A stretch of DNA of 64,000 bases from Planctomycetia bacterium (GTDB lineage Bacteria; Planctomycetota; Planctomycetia; Pirellulales; JACPPG01). Each line of letters begins with the position of its first letter. The first letter of the stretch is position 1. This document shows positions 35,749 to 42,456 of the stretch, piece after piece. The notes beneath the pieces are model-generated. The model worked only from the letters and a program-made list of their open reading frames with translations, did not search any database and was not told the origin of the DNA. Position numbers and translations under genes: made by a program. The stretch lies in contig JACPPG010000050.1 in NCBI GenBank assembly GCA_016191115.1, positions 12,390 to 76,389 of the forward strand, given 5' to 3'.

Positions 35749-36605
35749 GCGTCACGGTCACGAGCGTGGCGGTGGCCAACGGCAACGAGCTGAGGATCAC
35801 GGGCGATAGCGCCGCCGACACCGTCAACATCGCCGATGCCGGCAACGGTCACATCGAGGTCACCGACGCGAGCGGCACGCTACTCGGCTCGGCCGACAAC
35901 GTCACGCGCGTCAAGGTAAATACCAAAGGTGGCGAAGACGTCGTCAACTACGCGCTGACGGGTCCGCTGACCAACAGCGAATCGGTGACCATCTACCTCG
36001 GCACAGGCGAGGGAGACAGTGCGAACATCGACCTGTCGCAGGGCGTCACCGGGGCGAACCTGCGGATGTACGTCGAGGGGAGCGCCGCGGCCGACACGAT
36101 CGCCGCCACGCTCGGACCGCTGTCCGACGCGCGCGTCGGGCTCACGATCGACGGACGCGCCGGCGACGACAATATCTCGGTCACCAGCGCGGCCGCCGAC
36201 ATCCAGGAAGACGCGTCGCTGCGCGTCCAACTCCTAGGCGGAAGGGGAGATGACAACATCACCACCACCTTTGACGGAGAATTGCTCGGCGACTTCCGCT
36301 ATGCCGTCAACGGAGGGCAAGGCGCCGACACCATCGCGAGCGATTTGACGGTCGCTTCGGGCAGCACCGGCAGGTTGTCCGCCTCGGCCGCGGGCGGCGC
36401 CGGCGTGGATACCGTCACGCTGAACGTCAACGACAACTCGGCCGACGACAACGGCGACAGCGGGCTCGATCGGCTGCACGCCGTGATCTTCGATCCTGAC
36501 GAGTCCGACATCCTTACCCATACCGACAACGTGACAGAAGTCACGGGCTTTGGTCTCGGGCACGGGCGCGGCTGGCCGCGCGGCGGCTTCGGGGGCTGCT
36601 CCTAA
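35664..36605 (+). CDS. secreted G-x-G-x-D repeat (beta-roll/beta-helix-like) protein, paralog 1
   Basis: GGAGGA RBS lies 8 nt before ATG 35664. N-terminal RRGVRYFQPQLEALEDRLCLS leader. Repeated GxGxD units (GTGEGDSANI, GRAGDDNISV, GGRGDDNITT, GGQGADTIAS, GGAGVDTVTL). About 50-60 percent identical by eye to 36905-37810. Confidence 0.75.
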   Translation: MRSRITNKRRGVRYFQPQLEALEDRLCLSVTVTSVAVANGNELRITGDSAADTVNIADAGNGHIEVTDASGTLLGSADNVTRVKVNTKGGEDVVNYALTGPLTNSESVTIYLGTGEGDSANIDLSQGVTGANLRMYVEGSAAADTIAATLGPLSDARVGLTIDGRAGDDNISVTSAAADIQEDASLRVQLLGGRGDDNITTTFDGELLGDFRYAVNGGQGADTIASDLTVASGSTGRLSASAAGGAGVDTVTLNVNDNSADDNGDSGLDRLHAVIFDPDESDILTHTDNVTEVTGFGLGHGRGWPRGGFGGCS

Positions 36606-36904
36606 GCCCGACGGAGAAAGCAATTCTGGAGTCGCGGGGGCACGAGCGTTCCGTGCGCGCGTCCCCGCGCTCCCCTTCCTTCGCGGCAGGCCATCGGCGC
36701 ATACATCCTGACGTGTTCGTAAGATTCGATCGCGCTTGCGCGAGCGCGAAGCATGCACGCGCGTGTCGAATCGCGGCGCATGCCCCCAAGATTGACTGTG
36801 CCTTGTCGCACAGCTTCCGCGATTTGCAGTTCCCTTCTAGAATGCGCGTAGTGCCCGGGCCGGTCGGCGGGCCATGAGGGGGGTTCGGTAAGGGAGTCGT
36901 TGTG

Positions 36905-37810
36905 ATGCAATCCCGGAATTACACCAGTCGTGGGCTCTTGCGCGGATATCGGCCGCGCGTCGAGGCGCTGGAACCAAGACTTTGCCTGAGCGTCACGGTT
37001 ACGACCGTGGCCATCAACGGAGGAAACGAGCTAAAGATCGTCGGCGATGCGGCCGCCGACACGGTCAACATCACGGATCAAGGCAATGGCCAGGTCGCCG
37101 TCACGGACTCGGGTGGCGGGGCGCTGGGCTCGGCCGACAACGTCAAGCTCATCAAGGTCGACATGGGGGACGGGCAGGACGTGGTAAACTACACGCTGGC
37201 CGCCCCGCTCACCAACAGCGAAGCAATCAATATCAAGCTGGGGAGCGGCGCCGGCGACACGGCGAACCTCGATCTGTCGCAGGGCGTCAACGGCGCCAAC
37301 CTTTATGTCGGCGTCCAAGGGACCTCGGGCGACGACACCATCGCGGCCTCGATCGGCAACGTGTCGGCCGGCGCGCACGTCGGGGTCTACTTCAACGGCC
37401 GCGACGGCAACGACAACTTGTCGCTTACAGCGACAGGGAACATCGATGCCGACTCGTCGCTACGGACGGCTCTCTTCGGCGCCAAGGGCGAGGACTCGAT
37501 CAACACTTCGTTCACCGGCCAGATCCTCGGTCGACTCAGCGTGGCCTCGGACGGCGGTCGCGACAACGACACGCTCGTCACGGAGATCACCGCCGACGCG
37601 GGGAGCACCGGCAGGCTGAAGGCGTTTTCGCATGGCGGTCCCGGCACCGACAACGTGACCCTCAACGTCACCGACAATTCGGGCGCCGGCAGCGCCAGCA
37701 CGCTGGCGAAGCTGCACGCCGTCATCTTCGACCCACGCGCCATCGACACGCTCGTGCACACCGACAACGTGAAGGTGTTGGGCCACGGTCATGGCCACGC
37801 GCATGCGTAG
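36905..37810 (+). CDS. secreted G-x-G-x-D repeat protein, paralog 2
   Basis: AAGGGAG RBS. Leader GYRPRVEALEPRLCLS. Collinear with paralog 1. The C-terminus is GHGHGHAHA. Confidence 0.75.
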   Translation: MQSRNYTSRGLLRGYRPRVEALEPRLCLSVTVTTVAINGGNELKIVGDAAADTVNITDQGNGQVAVTDSGGGALGSADNVKLIKVDMGDGQDVVNYTLAAPLTNSEAINIKLGSGAGDTANLDLSQGVNGANLYVGVQGTSGDDTIAASIGNVSAGAHVGVYFNGRDGNDNLSLTATGNIDADSSLRTALFGAKGEDSINTSFTGQILGRLSVASDGGRDNDTLVTEITADAGSTGRLKAFSHGGPGTDNVTLNVTDNSGAGSASTLAKLHAVIFDPRAIDTLVHTDNVKVLGHGHGHAHA

Positions 37811-38025
37811 CTGGCGATAGTGCGGCACAGCGGCGTTGTGACCATTTGGCCCCCGGTGATTCACCGGGGGCTAATTTGCGCGCGAGGGCACACTGCGTTT
37901 CACCGTAGAAAATCGGCCCAACGTCAAAATGGGCGGTTTGGACGCCGTTTGTGCATTTTGAGGTGTATTACGGAGGCACGCGTCTCCGATAAGAATCTCA
38001 CGGGACCAACAGGGAGGGCGATTCC

Positions 38026-38340
38026 GTGAGACGATCCACGCGCTATGCGCTCGTCGCGGCGGCGCTATTGCTAGCAACCGGTGCGGTCGGCGGCCCAGCG
38101 TGTCACGCCGTACACCCGCCGGGGCCGCCTCCGGTCATCGATTGCTACCGGCCGTACTGGGGCGGTCTGCGCGGGTGGGGATTCTTCTTTGGCCAGGCAG
38201 GCTACCCAGCCTACACGGTCAACAGCCCGCCGTACCGCTTCAATACTTGCGGGTTCCCGCCGCTTTCGGAAAGCTCGTACTACCCGTACTACGGCACGGG
38301 CATCAACCAATATCCGCGCAGCTTCCAGTACAACTGGTAG
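38026..38340 (+). CDS. small secreted aromatic/Pro/Gly-rich protein
   Basis: GTG at 38026 is preceded by GGGAGGG. Signal peptide MRRSTRYALVAAALLLATGAVGG. The mature part is rich in Y/F/W/P/G (RPYWGGLRGWGFFFGQAGYPAY...SYYPYYGTG...FQYNW). Confidence 0.6.
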   Translation: MRRSTRYALVAAALLLATGAVGGPACHAVHPPGPPPVIDCYRPYWGGLRGWGFFFGQAGYPAYTVNSPPYRFNTCGFPPLSESSYYPYYGTGINQYPRSFQYNW

Positions 38341-38695
38341 GCAGCGAGCGGCTTTTCGCGCGGTTCGCAGCGGCTGACGTTCGAAGACCCTCCGGGGTAA
38401 ACCCGGAGGCTCGCTGGAACGGCATGGGCGCCTCGGGCGCGGCGCGCGGCGTGCGGCGTGCTCTTTTCGCCTCGCGGCGTCCGGAACGCACGGCGGCGTT
38501 GCTCTTTCGCAACGTCCTTCCCCGGGGCGGCAGTCCTGATTTCCGACTAATTTCGGATCCTTCATGTCTTGCGCCTGCCGGCGCGGCGCACTTCCGCGCG
38601 GATTGAGCTATGGTTGCCTTTGCCCGGTGAACGGCGAGAATGCTCTACGTGATGCACACCCTGAATACTCGTCCGCGTTGAAAAAGGAGGTTGCC

Positions 38696-38986
38696 ATGAA
38701 GCGCTTGTTCCTTGTGCTGCTCGTGTTCGGCGTCCTGGCGTTCGCGGTGAGTACGCCCGCGCAGGCGCGGCGTTATTGGGGCGGATACTACGCTCCCTAC
38801 TACGCCGGCTACTACGGCTACCCGACCTACTACGGCGCCGCCTACCCCGCCTACTATGGCGGCTACGCGTATCCCGGCTACAGCACGTACTACAATGCGT
38901 ATTATCCGGGCTACTACACGCCGTACGCGACGCCGTACTACGGCTACAGCTACTACTCCGGGTACCCCGGTTACTACGTCTGGTGA
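38696..38986 (+). CDS. small secreted tyrosine-rich protein (about 31 Tyr in a 72-aa mature region)
   Basis: Strong RBS AAGGAGG (38684-38690) before ATG 38696. Signal peptide MKRLFLVLLVFGVLAFAVSTPAQA. Mature sequence is RRYWGGYYAPYYAGYYGYPTYYGAAYPAYYGGYAYPGYSTYYNAYYPGYYTPYATPYYGYSYYSGYPGYYVW. Confidence 0.7.
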   Translation: MKRLFLVLLVFGVLAFAVSTPAQARRYWGGYYAPYYAGYYGYPTYYGAAYPAYYGGYAYPGYSTYYNAYYPGYYTPYATPYYGYSYYSGYPGYYVW

Positions 38987-39031
38987 CGAGGCGGCCCGTG
39001 AGGCACGCCGTTGCGATTGCCTGATCGGCGC

Positions 39032-39074
39032 CATGCCCATCCTCCTTCGGCCCTGCTGAAGACGGATGGGCATG
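39032..39074 (+). terminator. possible terminator hairpin after the Tyr-rich gene
   Basis: CATGCCCATCC (39032-39042) pairs with GGATGGGCATG (39064-39074), followed by TTCTATTC. The 21-nt loop is large, so this call is weak. Confidence 0.3.
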
Positions 39075-39161
39075 TTCTATTCATGGCCCGCGCATGGCAC
39101 CCTACACGAACGTCGCGCCGTGCGTTGCACTTCCACGCCGCATCGTCGATACTAGGCGTGC

Positions 39162-39470
39162 ATGGGCACGCGGGCGGGCAAGAACGGACAGAGGCGCAAG
39201 AGACTCTCGACGCGGACTCTCCGCGCGCTTACGCCCGTCATAGCGATTGCGATCGCCGTAGCGTGCCCGTGGGCCGTCCGGGCGATGGATGCGACCGAGG
39301 CGGCGCGGATCGCCCGCGAGTATCTGGACAGCGGCGACAGCGATGACCGCGCCGCGCTCGCGGAGCGACTCGCGGAATACACGGGCGATATCGCCCGCGT
39401 GCTCCGCGCCCTCAGTGCCCGGTCTTACGAGGCGGTCGAGCCGGGCTCAGGACTTTGCGGTTCTCCTGGG
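39162..39470 (+). pseudogene. probable 5' remnant of a secreted protein gene
   Basis: ATG at 39162 gives signal peptide RTLRALTPVIAIAIAVACPWAVRA and a short helical segment (EAARIAREYLDSGDSDDRAALAERLAEYTGDIARVLRALSARSYEAVEPG). The frame then degenerates and runs by chance into the antitoxin ORF. Confidence 0.3.
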
Positions 39471-39581
39471 GGCCCCTTCGGGTTTCCGTGCGTTCCTCCG
39501 TTCCTCGCGGCCTTGCTTACCCGCTCGGTGCAAGGGATAATTCCTAGGGTAAGGCGGTCGTCCGATAGAAAGGAGGCAACG

Positions 39582-39827
39582 GTGCTGCATTCCACGGTGA
39601 CGAAGAAGGGTCAAACAACGATTCCCGGCGAAGTTCGTGCCGCACTCCGGATCAAACCGGGTGACAAGCTTCGATACGAGGTCGAAGGGGACCGTGCCAC
39701 GATCCGCGTTCACCTTGGCGTCAAGGGGCTCAAGGGCGCGCTCGCCAGCGACAAGGGCAAATCGCTCTCCTTCGCGCAGATACGGCGGGCGGCCGCGGCG
39801 GCTCGCCGTCGTGGGGGCGCGAAATGA
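39582..39827 (+). CDS. AbrB/SpoVT-MazE family antitoxin
   Basis: AAGGAGG RBS before GTG 39582. STVTKKGQTTIPGEVRAALRIKPGDKLRYEVEGDRATI is a SpoVT-AbrB swapped-hairpin motif. The stop overlaps the toxin ATG (ATGA). Confidence 0.75.
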   Translation: MLHSTVTKKGQTTIPGEVRAALRIKPGDKLRYEVEGDRATIRVHLGVKGLKGALASDKGKSLSFAQIRRAAAAARRRGGAK

Positions 39828-40227
39828 GCAAGCGGCGGCTGGTGGATACCAATCTGATTATTCGGCACCTGGTCCAGGATAACCAGCGGCAAGCGTCGCC
39901 GGCCGGCTCTTCGAAGCCTGCGATCGCGGTGCCCTGACGTTGGTCGTGCTGCCGGCGGTGGTTGCCGAGTGTGTTTTCGTCCTGGAGTCGTTCTACAACC
40001 ACGCACGCGCTGATATCGCGCGGACGATGGTCCATTTTTTGAGTAGCCCAGGCATTGAGCTGCCGGACGTCGCGGCCCATCTCGACGGGCTAAATCGCTA
40101 CTCGCGGAGCAAAATGCACTTCGTCGACTGCGTGATAGCGTCGGCCGCGGCCGCGCTTGGCCTGCCGGTTGCGACTTTCGACAGCGATTTCAAGAAGTTC
40201 CCGGACCTGATGATCGACCTTGATTGA
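39824..40227 (+). pseudogene. PIN-domain (VapC-like) toxin, frameshifted
   Basis: ATG at 39824 reads MSKRRLVDTNLIIRHLVQDNQRQA, then ends at TGA 39935-39937. A different frame continues ..RLFEACDRGALTLVVLPAVVAECVFVLESFY...FVDCVIASAA...TFDSDF to 40227. The shift lies near 39884-39905. Confidence 0.7.
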
Positions 40228-40269
40228 CGCGTGGGCACGGGACCCGATTCTCGCCTATAATCGAGCAAG

Positions 40270-40524
40270 ATGCCCCCCGTCGACGACAATCTGGAAAAAT
40301 CGCGGCAGCCGCCGTGGTACGGCGACCAGGACGAAAACGGCGTCGATTTGTCGTTGATCCGGGAGAACCTCAAGCTGACACCCCACGAGCGCCTGCTGCG
40401 CGGCGACCGTGCCCGGCGCAGCGCGCTACGGCTGCTGGAATATGGCCGACGACAGCGAGAGGAAAACGCCGGAGGTGAGCGATCTGGAGAAGATCGCGGC
40501 GATTCTCGCGCGCCACAAGGTTGA
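40270..40524 (+). CDS. small hypothetical protein (possible partner of the downstream nucleotidyltransferase)
   Basis: ATG at 40270. Motif DENGVDLSLIRENLKLTPHERL. The 3' end overlaps the next gene by 83 nt. Confidence 0.4.
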   Translation: MPPVDDNLEKSRQPPWYGDQDENGVDLSLIRENLKLTPHERLLRGDRARRSALRLLEYGRRQREENAGGERSGEDRGDSRAPQG

Positions 40525-40969
40525 ATTCCTTGTCGTCGGCGGCCAGGCCGAGCTTCTGATGGGGAGCCCCCGCGTCACGTATGACACCGATTTATGCTAC
40601 GCGCGGACTGAGCAGAATCTGGATCGGCTCGCCGACGCACTCAAGGAAATCGACCCATCGCTGCGCGGCGCGCCGCCAGACCTGCCCTTGGTGCTGGATG
40701 CCCGCGCCTTGGCCTTCGGGAACAACTACACGCTCAACACGGCCGTGGGGCCGCTTGACCTGCTGGGCTGGGTTGAACCGCTGGGAACGTACAAGGAGCT
40801 TTTGCCTTGTGCCGAGACCTACAAACTCGGCGGCTTGACCGTACAGACGATTGGCCTCGATGACTTGATCCGCGTCAAGGAGCACGTCGGCCGCGCCAAG
40901 GACCGCGAGTCGCTCCTTCAGTTACTGGCGATCCGCCGGCTGCGCAACGAGGTTCAAGGCTCAAAGTAG
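40442..40969 (+). CDS. putative nucleotidyltransferase-fold protein (AbiEii/MNT-like, uncharacterised)
   Basis: LEKIAAILARHKVEFLVVGGQAELLMGSPRVTYDTDLCY resembles the G-x-x...D-x-D core of minimal nucleotidyltransferases. 175 aa. Confidence 0.45.
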   Translation: MADDSERKTPEVSDLEKIAAILARHKVEFLVVGGQAELLMGSPRVTYDTDLCYARTEQNLDRLADALKEIDPSLRGAPPDLPLVLDARALAFGNNYTLNTAVGPLDLLGWVEPLGTYKELLPCAETYKLGGLTVQTIGLDDLIRVKEHVGRAKDRESLLQLLAIRRLRNEVQGSK

Positions 40970-41003
40970 CGGCAGCCGGTCGAGCCAAGAATCGCGTGCA
41001 AGA

Positions 41004-41231
41004 TCAAGCGGCTCCATGCGACAGCCTCCGGGCCGCCTCCTGGTGAATGCGTCGCTCGTCCCAGTCCGCGTGCTCCGCGCGGAGGTGACTCAAGAACATG
41101 CGCCGGGCGCTGGCGAACATCCCGCTCGCGATGCGCAGCCGCTCAGCCCCCGATTTGGCGCGGATAACGCGCGCCATATCATCGTCGATCACCTCGAAGC
41201 TTGCCGGTAACGGCCGTTTGCTGGAGTCCAT
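41004..41231 (-). CDS. small hypothetical protein
   Basis: ATG at 41231, 75 aa, helical (AERLRIASGMFASARRMFLSHLRAEHADWDERRIHQEAARRL). Confidence 0.4.
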   Translation of the reverse strand: MDSSKRPLPASFEVIDDDMARVIRAKSGAERLRIASGMFASARRMFLSHLRAEHADWDERRIHQEAARRLSHGAA

Positions 41232-41312
41232 CTCTGCAACGTACCTCGGTGGGCAACTGGCGGCAAGCGACGTGGCCCGCGAGAGATTTCGTTGCCTCCG
41301 CTAATGCTCGCT

Positions 41313-42014
41313 CTAAACGCCAGCCAATTCCAGAAATCGTGCCGCCAGCTTCGGGCCGGCGCCCGCATCCTCGTGCTTGAAAAAGACGTATGCTTCGTCC
41401 CAGCCCTCGGAGCGCAGCCTCTTGATCCATTCGCCGAGGTCCTGATCGTTGTAGGCTTCGCGCCGCAAACGCACGTAGCCGAAGCCGGCTGTTTTGACCA
41501 GGTCAGAACTCGGGGTGTCGTCCACGTCGCCGATGCACAGCGCGCACGAGTTCTTGCGAAGGCAGTCGAACACTTCGTCGTCGAACCAGCTTTCGTGCCG
41601 GAACTCGAAGGCGGCCTGCGTCTCCACGTCGATCAGGCCCAAAAAGGCTTCCAGCCGCGGCAGGTCCTTCTTGAAGTCAGGCGGCAATTGGAACAATAAT
41701 GGCCCCAGCCGCCGCTCTAAAACTCTTGCGGTGCGAAGCAAGTAGTCGGTCTCGTCGACCGCGTCCTTCAGCCGCCTGTGGTGCGTGATCCGCTGCGACG
41801 CCTTGAGCACGAACCGGAATCCTTCGGGCACCTGTCCCGCCCACGACTCCAGGACGCTCGCCTTGGGCATCCGGTAGAACGTGTTGTTGATCTCGACGGT
41901 CGAGAACCGCTGGCCGTAGTAGCTCAGCATCTGGTTCTGCGGCAGTTTTTCGGGGTAGAAGCTTCCCTTCCACTCCTTGTAGCTATAGCCGCTGGTGCCG
42001 ACAAAGAAGCGCAT
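41313..42014 (-). CDS. DUF72 (YecE-like) domain protein
   Basis: MRFFVGTSGYSYKEWKGSFYPEKL...FSTVEINNTFYRMP...LFQLPPDF is the characteristic DUF72 N-terminus. Confidence 0.8.
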   Translation of the reverse strand: MRFFVGTSGYSYKEWKGSFYPEKLPQNQMLSYYGQRFSTVEINNTFYRMPKASVLESWAGQVPEGFRFVLKASQRITHHRRLKDAVDETDYLLRTARVLERRLGPLLFQLPPDFKKDLPRLEAFLGLIDVETQAAFEFRHESWFDDEVFDCLRKNSCALCIGDVDDTPSSDLVKTAGFGYVRLRREAYNDQDLGEWIKRLRSEGWDEAYVFFKHEDAGAGPKLAARFLELAGV

Positions 42015-42090
42015 GGGTCGTCAAATTCATCGAGAAGAAGGTTAGCGTTGCGCAGCGGCTTTGAAAGTCTGGCAGGGAAGCATCCCTCCA

Positions 42091-42393
42091 TCATCCGTCT
42101 TCGCCCACGAGCCTGAGGAATTCCTCGACGGCCTGCTTTCCATAGACGGGCTGCCGAAACTGGCGAGCTTTGCGGAAAGGCCTTCCGGGCTTGAAGCCTG
42201 CCTCGATGAGCAGCCGGCGGATGACCGACAACTCCTTCAAAGATGATGCCGTCAGGCGAATTTCGTCCCCCTTTTTGTACCGTTGGCCCTCTCGCTTGAG
42301 CCGCTTGGCGTTCTGCCGCCGCACGTGACCGTTTCTGCGGAAGAATTGCGCGAGTTGTTCGGCAGTCGAGCTAGGGGCCATGAGTCCCGCCAT
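42091..42393 (-). CDS. small basic hypothetical protein
   Basis: Open frame with several candidate starts (42435, 42393, 42381). No motif recognised. Confidence 0.35.
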   Translation of the reverse strand: MAGLMAPSSTAEQLAQFFRRNGHVRRQNAKRLKREGQRYKKGDEIRLTASSLKELSVIRRLLIEAGFKPGRPFRKARQFRQPVYGKQAVEEFLRLVGEDG

Positions 42394-42456
42394 TTGTCGC
42401 GGACATTGAATCCGCGGCGACGTTTCTTGCCACAACTACCAATAATCGCCGCGGCT

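Noticed and set aside
39162-39827. Single 221-aa protein fusing a signal peptide to an AbrB domain
   Set aside because: An exported N-terminus fused to a cytoplasmic DNA-binding antitoxin is implausible. The AbrB part has its own AAGGAGG RBS and GTG start at 39582.
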